Assembly (NCBI GenBank): GCA_000708835.1
Contig: DF237158.1
Coordinates: 1-64,000 of the forward strand
Direction of reading: 5' to 3'
Origin: Klebsormidium nitens
Lineage: Eukaryota > Plantae > Klebsormidiophyceae
DNA length: 64,000 bases
Part shown: one piece after another, positions 1-12,452 of the stretch
Position numbering within the stretch: position 1 is the first letter of the stretch
Layout: each line of letters starts with the position of its first letter
The notes under the pieces: generated by a model
The model's input: only the letters and a program-made list of their open reading frames with translations
Told to the model about the DNA's origin: nothing
Database searches by the model: none
Made by a program: the position numbers and the translations under genes

Positions 1-502
1 TCGGCAAAAACCAATAGCTCTAAGTACCTGCCATGACGTGGCCAAAACATGCGTTTCTGGGCGTTTTGGAGCAGGCACCGAGAACGCGTTTGACGTGTTT
101 TTTCGACCTTCTGACAAATTGTTTTCAATGAGACCCGGGGGGATCCTTAGTTCGTCGAGTGAAGAAGGGATGGGGCTCTTAAAATCAAAAATTTATCTGT
201 GATTTTCAAAAAAATGGATGTCAATTGGTTAAACTTGTGCAAAACTGGTGAAAGCAAGCGTTTAAAAAGTAATTGGGTCATTTTTTTCAAAAATCACATA
301 TAACTTTTGATTTTAAGAGCCCCATCCCTTCTTCACTCGACGAACTAAGGATCCCCCCGGGTCTCATTGAAAAATATTTGTCAGAAGGTTGAAAACACAC
401 GTCAAACGCGTTCTCGGTGCCTGCTCCAAAACGCCCAGAAACGCATGTTTTGGCCACGTCATGGCAGGTACTTAGAGTCTTAGAGCTATTGGTTTTTGCC
501 GA
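1..502. mobile_element. Foldback / MITE-like element made almost entirely of long inverted repeats; left end cut by the window edge
   Basis: 1-~216 is the near-perfect reverse complement of ~279-502 (tcggcaaaaaccaatagctctaag at 1 vs cttagagctattggtttttgccga ending at 502). There are a few mismatches and an 8-nt duplication (cttagagt, 471-478) in the right arm. The AT-rich core is about 60 bp and non-coding. The TSD cannot be seen. Confidence 0.85.
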
Positions 503-1073
503 CTAAAGCTTACGAGGTACCTTTTGATGTATCCTTTCATGTGCAAAAGACGGATCTCAAAAAGATGGAGCGAAGCATGAGATATGCATGAAGACGTCTT
601 CACATTTCTGTCCCACGGGAAATAGGGTTTTGATTCTGCGAATAAGGGAATTTCGACCTTAAATATTATGTGCACTAGCTCGATCCGCTTATTACGGCAG
701 GTGACCGCGCCAAGTGGCATTACCGCTTGACAGCAACTTGAACTCATTGGGCGAACGCCGCACCTCCCCAGCAGCTTCCGCGTGACCGAGTACTGTCGAC
801 CTCAGGCGAAGTTCAAACTTGGGCGGTGGTGATTCATGAACCTGTCACGGTGCTCTGGTATGCCAATCTCATACGCAGCACAGGACCATTGGCATTGGCA
901 TGGCCCCGCGTCGCCGTGAAGTTGGCTCATCTCTTCAGCATCAGGCTCTCATGTGCTTGTTTGGCCCGGGTGAACTCTTTGCCCAGAGCTTTTGTACGTG
1001 CCAGACCAGCTGGGGAACCTACCGGGGATTCAGGTGGAGCAGTGCGCAAACACGGAGTGGCGGTACATAAAGA

Positions 1074-3219
1074 ATGGCTTCGCTGTCGACATCAGGTCAG
1101 TCGATTGCAATGCCAGTGATGAGTTCGGAAACGTCAGATAGCAAGGATGCCCATCGCGAGTCCATCAGCGACGCCCATAGTGGGCATGAAAATGTTGGAG
1201 TGCCGTGCTCCTCCGGGGAGCTGTCCTCGGCTCCAGGGTCCCCTGCTGCCAAGGAGGTGGCCTGGAGCGAGGAGGAGGAGGAGGAGGAGGAGAAGGTGTG
1301 CAGAGTATGCTGCTGCCAAGAACCGGATCCCGCGGGTGAGGAGGCGCTGGCTGTGCTCGAGATCACTAGCCACATCCCCCTCCTAGAAGAGCAATTCGAG
1401 GAGGCAAGGCGTAGACGGAGCTTGAGTCGAGACTCCGTCAAGGGCTTGAGACCCACCGATTCTTTTGCTGCCATTGTCGAGCGACCCGCCCCTGCAAGGG
1501 GCAGCTTCCGAGGTCTTGCTGCGGACCTTGCAAGGCGGATATTCCAGAAGGAGGAGGGGCCGGCGGCAGGCGATGGAGGCCCTGCTCTGCGCAGAGCCAG
1601 CAGCCTGTCCTGCGGGGTGCCCCAGCAAGGCGTCCTCAGGAGTTGGTCGCTGCCACGACCAGGCGCGGAACACGGCGTCGACTTGGAACAGGGGGTAAAG
1701 CCTTCGGAACGACTGCCCAAGCAGACAGCAAAGCCAACCCCGGAGGCAATACAAGACGACATACAGCAGACCGGCAGCGTTGGCCAGCAGGCAGCAGAGG
1801 CAGCGGCTCCGCCTGGGCCCATGGCGTCGGCGCCTGCCAGTGAAGCTCCTGCAGGGGATCCCCCGGCGGAGGTGGTGCCTGGCATGCCCCGCGGCCGCAG
1901 CCAGCTGCTGCAGTTGGGGTGCCACTGCCAGGGGGACCTGGCGCTTTGCCACTACGCGTGCTTTCTGCGCTGGGTCGTCTCGCGCGGGCCGTCTGCCGCC
2001 CACTGCGACAACCAGTGCGAAATCTGTGGCCAGGTAGGTGGCCGGGATCACCAGGAGCTCAGGGGCCATCGCAGCAGCTTGGCTCTTTGGAAGTCCCGGG
2101 TATGTGCCAGAAAGTTCAGTTCGTGCCGGCTTTGATAAGGGGACTCTGGCTTGGTCTGTGTGCAGCCCGCAACCAGCGTGAGCCAGGCCGACATCAACAC
2201 CATCAATTCAGCACTACGTCATCGGCGGCGGTTGACGGCCGGGCAGCGAGAAGGACGAAGCGCCCCCGTGGAGTTGCTTGTCCCTGAACTAGCAGGCGGC
2301 GACCCCAGTGTGGCGGAGAGCGAGGCAGATGCGCGCGCCCTGATTGGCGCTGCTGCCTGGTTTGACCCCCTGAACCGCGGGGGTGGGGACGCTCGCAGCT
2401 TTGGGCGTACGCTGCAGGTGGACCGCGCTCATCCGGCGCCCGCGGAAGTATCGATGTTGACGCACAGCACGCGGTGGGCGGTGGAGATTCTCGGGGTGGC
2501 GCTGGCCACCGCACTGCTCACGCTCACGCTGAGCCGCCTCTTTGTGGATGTGCTCCCACAGGTAAGCAGCCGCTGGGGCAGCGAGGCACCGGCGGGCCGG
2601 GCTCGGGCGTGCATCGCTCACAGGATGCATGTGCATGCCTTCCGACATGGCTTGAGCACACTCTGTATTCTACGGACATGATCATCAGAGCACACTGGCC
2701 TGTATCCAGCTGGCGCAGTTGGCAGAGCCGGGTCAGGGTGCCCTTCCCCATCTGGAGACCTGTGCTTTGCTGAAGAGCGGTCCCACGTTTTTGCAGAACC
2801 AAGTACGATTCGGACTTCACTACATCCTGTCCGCCATCATTGCATTCGTGGCCGTGATCTGGTTCCGTGTTGTGAGTCACTCCGTCCAAATTTACTCATT
2901 GATTGGATTGGCCGTGAGCACATCCTCACAAATGCTTCTGGTAAAAGTATCTGCGATTCTTTCTGCTTGCCAGGGGCTCTAGGGCATCCAGTTTTTGGTA
3001 AAATTGGTAGCTTGTTGTTCCATCAAATGCTTGAACCAGGCGTTAAATGTCTCTGCATCCTTGCTTTCCTTTCTTTTACAGGTGGCCATCCCCCGGTTGC
3101 GCTCTGGCCCTGCCCGTAGTGGGGCGATTGTAATGTGCATATGGCTTATGGTCCTTGGCGTCTGGTTTAGTGGAACCAAGCCCCCAGATAGGACCTCAGG
3201 CTCTGGCCGTGGTCCGTGA
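1074..3219 (+). CDS. RING-CH (RINGv, C4HC3) membrane-anchored E3 ubiquitin ligase, MARCH-like; resembles the plant At2g34200-type family
   Basis: CRVC followed later by LGCHCQGDLALCHYACFLRWV..CEICGQ, then C-terminal TM helices (RWAVEILGVALATALLTLTL; GLHYILSAIIAFVAVIWFRV; GPARSGAIVMCIWLMVLGVW). Predicted exons 1074-2033, 2166-2561, 2797-2871, 3082-3219, with GT-AG introns that keep frame. Confidence 0.88.
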
Positions 3220-4837
3220 GGTCTTCTTCTCTTTGCCATTTAGGCATAAAAAGGTCCGAGAAGTACTGTACACGTTGCGAGTAAGGAGAAACTCATAAAG
3301 GTGTTATAGGTCAAGGAGCTTGTCTGTCGCTCAAGCTAACCCGTCCTACTCGGGCAAGTTGACCAAGCGCGGACAGAGTCTGAGAAACGAATCCGACGTG
3401 GATCCGCCATTGAAGACAACATAAAAAGGCAACAAGTCCACAGGATCCAAATTGGAGCAGCTTATGAGTAGCTCCTTGTTTATATTTATACCACCGCATA
3501 CACAGTTGACGGACAACTTCCCGAAGGTAGAGCAAGCAAATACATACAGATGAGGCTGGCCGTCAGATCAGCAGACTTTTTAGATTCAATCGACGTTTAC
3601 CTGCTACTGCACAAATGTACAGGCCATCATGGTCTGTCTATGAGGGACGCACAACAGATTCCCGGCCTGTCATGAAGTTGATTGACCTCAGCCTGCACCG
3701 CACATGCACGTGAGTCAATCTTCGATTGCACTTCAACACTAGGCATGTAGGAATGAACCGGAATACGATACCGATTGTCATTTTCTGAACAACGTCGGAC
3801 ATGCATCAGATGCGAACAATTATATGGGTGCGTAAGGTGCATCTGGTGAGAGAATCGTGGCCGGACACTCCATGCAAACTTACACATCGACGCGGAACTC
3901 ATCATGGTGCAGTGTCATGTTGAAGCGCAAGCTTGCCTCCGACGCAATCTGGTTGCGCAATTTATCATGCGCGTTTCGCTAGCTAGACCCGCTGATCTGT
4001 CCTTACAATTGAGAACTGCAAGCTAGCCTTATCACCGTGCCACGAGCGATCGTCTGGGAATCTACATGTAGCCTCATCATGAGTGCAACGTACACAAGGT
4101 CATGAATAATATGCATGGGCATCATCGCACGGCGTGCATTTAGTGCGCTGCATCTCGATCATATGATCGTAATGGCCATCGGGATAAATGTTCCAGTGTC
4201 AGGGCAAGACCATTCAGAAAGACGAGCGATCCATGTCGTTTGATGTTGAGCACGTTGGCTGAACTTGTAGGCCTTCGTAGTCCAAGCGAAAACGTTGGAT
4301 GACTGCATCATGCGTTTTATCGGACTGACGCCAAAAGGATTGACACCAGAAGGTCTTCTGGCTACAGCGAATGACCGCAGTCACGTGCTCAGGCCGTCGG
4401 AGTGAGGGCTCGACCCTCCTGCAATGGGGAGCCTTGAACTTTTTAATGTCGAGCAAAGAGCAGATCGGCTAGTCAGACTCCTGACTGCAAAGGTGTCCGG
4501 CAAGAAAAAGCAAGGCTCGCTTTTCTCCGGTAAACATTCTGAATAGTCCTGCACACGTTCACTGGCTGCATGAGAGGGCCACGCAATCCAACGATCCGTT
4601 ACGGGCATGAACAAGGAACAGCAGACTTGCCAGCAGCCCAGCTCATGTGTTGTTCGCGCCCATGCGACTCAAGCCTCCCCCGTCTGCACTTGGAATGCAT
4701 ATCTTTTTGCACTATGAACCATCAGGAAGGACACAAAGTGCAGGCAATCTCACCTGGACGCTTCAGTGCTTCTGCACCGGATCCAGGACCGCAGTTGCCC
4801 TTCCCTTGTCTTGAGCGCGCTTACTCGTAAAACATCG

Positions 4838-7800
4838 TTACGGGTCGTCGTCTGACTCCGTGACCTGGTCCTGTTCAAACCTTCCCCCTACCCCGACCTC
4901 TCCTCCCTTCTCGTCGTCGTCGTCTGAGTCCTCCAGCTCGTCCTTTTCGAAGGTCAAGCTCCGTTCCCCCAGGGCCCCACCCCACAGAGCCCCCACCTTT
5001 CGCAGAACACTAGCGTTTCCCGCTGTCGAGTTGCCCTCAGCTATTCCCAGCTGCACAGGACTGAGGGACGATGTCCAACACGCAGGAGTGTGGGAGCTTC
5101 CGTTCCGCCCCAAGCTTACCCCAGCTGTTGCCTTGCTCGGCCTGCCATCCACCCCTGCCGTAGCTACGACAGCCCCTTCCCCCCGCGCCTCCTCCCCCTG
5201 TTCTTCGTCCGACTCGGTCAGCTCGTCCTGCTCCATCAGAAACCCCCGAATGAGGTCCTGCGCTGCGTGCCCCTCGTGCTCGCCCCCCCCCTCCTCGCCC
5301 CCGCTCCCCGCCGCGTCCTCGTCCGAGTCGGTCAGCTCGTCTCGCTCCATCTCCACGTCGCGCACCGGCGCTGCGCGGCTCCTGCGGCCTCCCTCCGGAC
5401 TGCCGCCCTGCGTGCCGCGCTCCGCCACATGGTCCTCGTCGTCCGAGTCTGTGAGCTCGTCCCGCTCCATCTCCACTGCGGGCATCCCGGCACCCGGCGC
5501 GTCCCGTCCGCCCGGGGCTACTTCGAACGAGCTTCTCAGGTCCTGCTCCGAACCGCCATACTCCTGCCGTCTCCCCGTTACCACGTGTTCCTCGACCTCC
5601 TGCACTTGCAGGGTGCTCGTATTAACTGGTAGCCTCCCTCCTGCCTGCGCCCCGGTGCTCGCATGGGGCAGGCCATTGCGTTGCCACGTGTCCTCTTCGT
5701 CGGAGTCGGTCAGCTCGTCCCTATCCATTGCGAGCATCGCCCCCCTCTGCCGTGCCTCTTCGCTACTCCAGGCGGCCCCCAGACTTCCGTTCCCGGCAGT
5801 CCAACGAAGGGGATCTGTGCCTGCCAGCGGATGCGCGCTCGCCCCTGGGCCAGGCTGCACTGGCGCTCGGACAGGCGCTGCCTCCGTCCCCTGCCCACGT
5901 ACGGGCGGGAATGGTTGCTGGGGCAGGCTGCCCAGGGGCCGGACCTGGTGCAGCAGCCCCGCCGGACCCCGTGGCGGGAGCGGCATCAGGGGAGGCGGCC
6001 TTGGTCCGGCCCAAGTGTGAATGGGGGGCACGGACTGGCCTAACTGCCCGCCACCAGCGCCAATGATAGTAGCAGGCCGGCTCCCCTGGTTGCCATGCCC
6101 AGTTGCAATATGCGTGACGCGCGCTGCTCCAGCTGGCGGCTCCCCGTTTCCCCTTGCCCCCGGCAGCCTGTGCACGGTCACCCCCGGTGGCCGCTGCCCC
6201 GAGGGTGGCCCCTGTCCGCCTCCCGCTGTGCTGCCGTTGGCCGCCCCCCTCTCCGCAGCGGCTGCTTCCTGTGCGGCCCTCTGGCCCTCCTGCGCGCTGC
6301 GCTTCTCGGCGTCTCTGGCCGCCTGCTTGCGCCGCCGCTCCTCCGCCTCCCGCGCCTTCTGCTGCGCTTTCACCGCCTTGGGCTGCCGCTGCCGCGTCTT
6401 CCACGGCTTGGGGCTGGCGGGCGCGCCCGCGAGAGGGGCTGCAGGCGTCGCGCGGGGCGGGGCTTGACCTACTGGAGCGGCGACTGGCATCGCCACTCTT
6501 TCTAAGCCCGCTGCGTGCTTGGAAGTGTCAATCTGTGCACGCGGGCTACTGTGCCTGGTCTCTTGGGCCGAGCCAGGGCGTGTCTGCTGTGGTATCCCTA
6601 CTGTACCTACGGGCGGTGGCGGTCTAGTGCTGTCGGTGGGGGCTGTGCGGCCCCCACTGCTGGCAGAGGGGGCGGGGAGGGATGCTGGGGCCTCTGGCCG
6701 CGGCCCTGCGTTGGAAAGCGGCGGCTCCTCCCCGGATGCCGTCTGCTGTGGGAGGGGCGTACTCGCTGCTGTAGGCCGGGGCACCTGCTGGGGCCCCTGC
6801 CCCCGATCCGTCGGACCCCCTCGAGCTGCGGTACGTGTCGGAACGGGCGACTTGGGGACGGGCCTCCGCTGGACGGCCGTCCCCGCGCCTTTGGCCGGGG
6901 GTCCGGCCGACGGCCCTGCAGGCCGTGGCCCATCGTGCGGCACAGCAGCCACGGGCGTGGCCCTCCTGGCCTGAGGCCGGATGACGACTGTGCGCGCGGC
7001 TGGACCGTTGGATGCAGGGGCGGAGGGGTTGTGGTGGGCTGTGGGGAGGGGTGGTCCGCCTGCCGCAGGCGGGTGGGCCATGGGAGCGGGAACAGGGACG
7101 GAGGGATGGACCGGTTTGTGGGCAACAGCCGCTGCTGGAGTTTGAAGCATGGGCCTGGGCGCCAGAAAGGGCAGTGCTTGGGTGGCGAGGGGCCGCAGAG
7201 GCGGGCGTGCCAACGGGCGGTGTGCACCATTTGTGGGGAGCAGAGATTGGCCCCTGCCCGGAGCAGGACCTCCCTTGCTCCTTTTCGCGGGGGGCTGCTG
7301 AGCGGCCAGACCGGTCATCCAGAACGGCCGAGTAGGAGCGGCGGGGGGCGGAGCCGCCGGGGCCCCTGGCGGGTGTTGAAAGACGGCTGGTTCAGGTTGC
7401 GCAGGCGGTGCTTGGGCGACGGCTTCTGCCAGGAAGAGGCCCCGCACGGCAGGCCGGGGAACCGCCTCGCCTCGCTCCGGGGGGGTGTCCGACTCGGTGC
7501 CGCTGCTGTCGCGGTCGGCCTCGGCGGGGCGCAGTGGGCCGTCGGTGGCCAGCTCGCGCAGCTCAGCCGCAGCCTCCTGGCGGGCGCGCTGCGTGGCCAG
7601 GCGCTGCCGCTGCTTCTTGCGCCGCTCATTTCGGATTTGGCTGCGAGGAGAAAAGGTGAGTTCATCAGCCCTGCCTCCTAGTAGCTGGGAGTTCAGGAGA
7701 CGCCAATGTCTGGACATGTGTAACAGGATCGCCGCTCTTTGTTGGACTGGGCGCAAGCCACCATCAGCTGAAGGTGGTTCTTCCGCTGCACCCTGCAGGC

Positions 7801-10800
7801 CCGGCATGAGGGATTAACCGAAGATGCGACGACAGAGGAGGTTGCGCCTGACCTGGCCTTCCAGGTTTTCGGCTTGAGGCCGCACGCCTGGCGGTACAGC
7901 TTGGGCAGCAGGGCGGGGTCCGCGCGCGGCACGTACGCGGCCAGCTGCAGCCAGTCGTAGCCATGGTGCAAGATGCCCTCGTCCACGAAGAACTTCTCCT
8001 GCGCGCTCAGGGGGGCGGTCTGCAGCACGCCACGAGCCCGGTCAGACAGCGCAGCCAGGCCGGGCAAGGGTGGAGTGCACAGGACACAGCGGGACGAGGG
8101 GATGCGCCGATTTAGGCAATGCTTACGCCCTCGAGCTGCAGAAGGACGCCCCGGGTGGAGGGTGCCCGGAAGCCTGCCCCATACGAGGGCCTCTACTGAC
8201 GGCGTGAGGCCGGCGCTGCCTCACCTTGGAGTGGCGCATCTGCTTGACGACGTTGTCGGGCGCGTTGCTGCTGCAGCGGTTCTTCACGCGCACCACGATC
8301 TGGTGCACGCTCTTGGTGGGCAGGAAGCGCTGCCGGATGCGCTCCCAGTCGCTGTTGAACTCTTGCATGCCCAGCGCCAGCAGCCTGCGGCGCACCAAGA
8401 GGAGGAAAAAACGGTCAGGCCCCTCTTTCGTGGAGTATCTAGCCTAAAATGACCTCGCACTCGCTCCGACTCGTCCTGTGCCATATCCGTCTCTCCCATG
8501 ACAGCAAACCGACAAGAGCACGCAGCCGCAGCGATTGAAAACCTGCAAGCCAGGAGGTTCTTTGTCGGTGGCCGTGCACAAGCGCCCAGGCACGCTGGCT
8601 CACTCGTCTTCCGCGTCCGAGAAGACGCGCAGGCGCGCGGTGGGCGCGGGCTCGCGGGGGAAGAGCGCGGGGTTGAAGGCGGGGTGGAAGAGGTCCTGCA
8701 CCAGGTCCGACACGATGGGCGCCACCAGCGCCATCGCCACCAGCGTCGGCTTCGCGGCCTTCAGCAGCTCCTCGCCAATGGCGCCCTCCACGCCCCGCCT
8801 GCCACGGGGCGCCAGCACGCTGCCTTTCGGAGCCTGCCCGTCCACCAAAGCAGTGTCCGTACTGGGTCGTTCAGCCGCTGCATCAGCCCCCTCTTCCAGG
8901 AACAAAGATCGCGGCGGGCGAGCGGGCACGGCTTCTGTCTGGGGCTCGGATAAGAGGACGGAATGGAAGCCGGGCGCGCTTTCGCGGTCGGGGCCTGCTT
9001 CCTGCGGCCCAGCCTCCGTAGGCTGCCCCAGCAAGGACGGGTCCCAGGCGGCCCCCGGCAGAGGGCACGGGTTGTGCTGGTTGGTCAGGATGGACCGAAT
9101 GGTTTCCGAGGGCTTCTGGGGCGGCCGGGCGTTGGGGTTGGGGGGGAACAACGGCTTGAGCAGGGCGCGAGGGAGTCCCTGCCCCGCCTCAGGGGGATAC
9201 TTGCGGTCGAGCTCCGCAATGACTGCACACCACAGATCGAAAGCGGCATTTAGGGACGTGTCGTGCAAAAACCAGCATAAAAGATAGGCACGTGTTGTGC
9301 AAAACACCAGCATAAAAGAGGCACAAATGCGCGACTTACAAAGAACTAAAATGATTGACGCCGTGACGGTTTGGAAAGCCACTTCAATGAAGCATGTTTC
9401 ACATACGAAAAACGCACTTGTCCCTAGCTCTGAACGGATATTACTCAAACAACGGCGAGATGAGGGCCACGGCAAGCCCAGCTGCTTGTTTGTCTGGGGA
9501 CAAGCTCCTCGTACAGGATGTGCAGCGTGGTGGGGGCGGCCGTACCGAGGTCCATGTCGCGCAAAAAGTCGGGCACCGCGTGCAGCGGCTTCACGTCTAG
9601 CAGGCTGCGCACGGGGCCGTCCACAGTGGGCGCCCAAGGGGCGACGGTGACCTGGCCGTCCAAAAGCAGGTGCGGGTGCAGGGACGGGCGCGTGCAGGGC
9701 GGCTGGAAGCAGCGCGCGGGGAAGGCGATCTGCTTGGCGGCCAGCACCCGCTCGCGGGTCGCCACTAGGTTTTCCAGGAAGGCCTTGCACTGAGCGGCCA
9801 GCGCGCGGCTGGAGGGCGGGCCCAGGCAGGTGAGGCAGAAGAGCTGCACCAGCAGCTGCACGTGCTCGTGGAGCTGGCAGTACAGCTGGCCCACCTGGCA
9901 AGGGCGAGAAGAAGGAGAGGGTCGTATGAGCACCCACAAGAGGACGGGCGGCGCCTCGAATTTGATGACAGATTCGTACTCCAAAAACGAGTGCGGAAAA
10001 TCCAATCAAGTTTGATCCGACTTGTTGCTTTGTGTCTGTAGCTTCGCATGCGGCCTGCTTGCCCGTCAGCTTCACGTCGCCACCTCAACCTGCCTCCAGC
10101 TTCCGACGGAATTGCAGCTTTACCTGACGGGTGCACAACCTCACAAGCACCCAGCCGAGAAGATTACCTGGTTGGCAGTGAAGCGGGGCACGGTGGGCGG
10201 GGGCGGGGGCGCGGCCCCGACGGGCTTGAGCATGAGGACGGGGCGCAGGCGGCCGTCCTGGGTGGGCATGTGGCACACCACCTGCTGGTAGCGCCCCTCC
10301 AGGCTGGCCGGCTTGATGGCCAGCGGCCGCCGCAGGGCCGCCGCACGCGAGGCTGCCTCAGGGGGCTTCTTCCGGCGGCTGCCGCGGGGCCGCCCCAGCT
10401 TGCGCTTCCCGGCCAGGGGCTGCACAGCAAGGGACCAGGGCGTGGGCGTCACGGCAAGTGCGGGGCAGCGGGGGACTGCTGTAGGGACTGCTTTAATACA
10501 GAGACTCCGCAGAGACGGTCATGTCTCGACTAAAACAGCGGCAACACCAAGTTGACGCCCAAAATCAACGGGACTGCGGGCGCTTCTTCCCCACCAAGAG
10601 GTCGTGAGCGTTGGCCAGAACCGCGATGTCTGAGCAGGGCTGGAGCGAGATGGCTCCCACCACTACACAACGAACAGGGGGCTCTCCAGGGAAGACAAAG
10701 AACAAAGAGAATTGACTAATCAGGTGCACAGAACAACACCAGACACAAGGCTCACACAAATGCATGCTGCCGAGCCCCTGGACTCTCCGCGCGTAATCAG

Positions 10801-12452
10801 GGTGAGTTCTCCTTTTCACGCAACACAACACGCCACAGCTTGACACCGGCACAAACAAATTCTTAATTCATAAAAGCTGAAAAGGTTCCTGAGTTCCTAT
10901 CAGTCTGCTTCGATTGAAGCCGGGACTGTGCCAGGTCGGCGTCCTATCATCAATCTCTATCCATTGCCCCCCCTTTTCTTCACCTGTGCATCTTCCTCCT
11001 CCTCGTCCGGCTCCTCCTCTGCCACGAAGTCATGATCATCCTCGTCCTCGTCCTCATCCTCGTCCCCCTCCCCCGCCCCCACCCGCTCCTGCTCCTTGGG
11101 CTGCTCGTCCAGCGCACTGATGGACGCCAGGAAGCGCGCGTACTCCTCATCATCATCGATGCCAGGGAAGAAATCGTCCTCGTCATCCTGCAAGGAAAAG
11201 TTTGATCACCTTGAAACGCTTCTAAATGTAACTGCCCTACTCAAAAAAACTGGATTGCAATCCAAGCTGCCAGAAGCAAGACGCCAAACATCCAATGAAG
11301 CTGGCCCTGACCACGTCGAACATGCTTACGCCACCGCGGCTATCTCCGGAGCAATACACAATTCCTTATTGACAGGAGAGTGGTACACATGATGCTCCAG
11401 ATGGAACTGTTGAGCCATCCTATCCGGTCCTGGTACTCCCAAGGGCACTTTGAGGGTGTCTGCATTCATCTGGGGTGCCCCCAACGTCAGACGATCTGTG
11501 GTGCTGCCCTGTACCTCTCTGTCTGGCTTGCCCACCTGCAGGAACGTGTCCAGCTCTTCCCACGTCAGCTCAGCCAGGGACACCTGCGCCCGCGTGCGCT
11601 TCGCCGGCCCGTCCAGTGGCTCCTTCCCCTCCTCTGCCGGCCCCTCCCCCTGCTCCTTCGGCGCCTGCATTGACAGAGGCAGGTCCAGGGTGCCGTCGGG
11701 CGGACCGTGCGCCTTGTTGGGGCTGAAGGTGAGGGGTGCCCCAAACGGGTGAAACGCGCTCTGCCCAGGGCTGAATGGGCCCAGTACCGGCACAGGGGGG
11801 TGGCCCCCTGGAGATTGGGGAAAAGGCAGCAAGCTGGGGGAGGGGGCAGACGGCATGCCCAATTCGTCCAGCAGTGCTTGCTGAGGGGGGGGAGCGGGGA
11901 CGTCATCCTGCTGGGAGTGAGATGGGGGCAGGGTGAGGCGGGCCAGGCTGTTTTGTCCTTTGGGGGAGGCAACTATGGACTCAAGCGGTTGGACATGGAA
12001 GCTTGTTCCCTTGAGCCCAACATTCTATCCTGGAGCATAGATTCTTCATCAAGTTGGGGAAAACAAGCCTAGACGTGCACCGAGGCACTTCTTCGAGAAG
12101 ATCTGCTAACGAGGGGCACACAAGCAGTAAGGATACCTTTTAACCTTTTTGTGTTATTTGGTGAGCTGACCATGCACAAGAAGACAGGTCTCAGCGATGG
12201 CCAATGCCGGAGTCTCTGCCTCCCCTCTGCCTCTGCCAGAGTGTATGTCAGTTGAGCCACCAAAAGGATAAACGCTTAACACCGCACCTCGGGCTCTTCC
12301 TCCTCGGATTCTTCCTCCTCGGACTCCCTGAGGAAGAGAGGGTTGAAGTCCACATCATCGGCGTCGTCATCTTCGTCGCTCGGCTCTTCCCTCGGCAGCA
12401 CAGCCTGCACGGGTGTCGCCACGTCCTTTGCTTGCCCCTGTTCATCCCCCAT
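4838..12452 (-). CDS. DUO3: DUO POLLEN 3 / GON4L-like nuclear regulator with Myb/SANT-like domains and a long low-complexity C-terminus (multi-exon)
   Basis: Family motifs appear in order: DDVDFNPLFL (exon 1, ATG at 12452); PAKRTRAQVSL..EELDTFLQ; DDDEEYARFLASI; LLALGMQEFNSDWERIRQRFLPTKSVHQIVVRVKNRCSS (8226-8398); DW..RADPALLPK; repeated acidic DELTDSD motifs. The last exon is about 4838-7820. Not all internal exons were fully resolved. Confidence 0.8.
4845..5728 (-). repeat. Six dispersed copies of an acidic peptide motif, (M/F)E/D-x-D-E/Q-L/V-T/E-D/E-S-D, in the DUO3-like C-terminus
   Basis: Translated copies: MDRDELTDSDEE, MERDELTDSDDE, MERDELTDSDED, MEQDELTESDEE, FEKDELEDSDDD, FEQDQVTESDDD. 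At DNA level, gtc(c/g)gagtc(g/t)gt(c/g)agctcgtc recurs. Confidence 0.9.
9263..9324. repeat. Short imperfect direct repeat (2 x ~28 bp) in a DUO3 intron
   Basis: gtgcaaaaaccagcataaaagataggcac / gtgcaaaacaccagcataaaagaggcac. Confidence 0.85.

Noticed and set aside
1290-2033. About 200-aa insertion splitting the RING-CH domain between CRVC and the CHC motif
   Set aside because: From memory, a long first-loop insertion is already a feature of the plant At2g34200-like family, so it is probably not novel.
4214-4456. 80-aa ORF in the first convergent spacer
   Set aside because: No recognisable motif or splice context, so it is probably spurious.
4860-6020. 386-aa plus-strand ORF and other ORFs antisense to the DUO3 last exon
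   Set aside because: Ser/Pro-rich shadow of GC-rich acidic codons on the opposite strand, with no domain signal.
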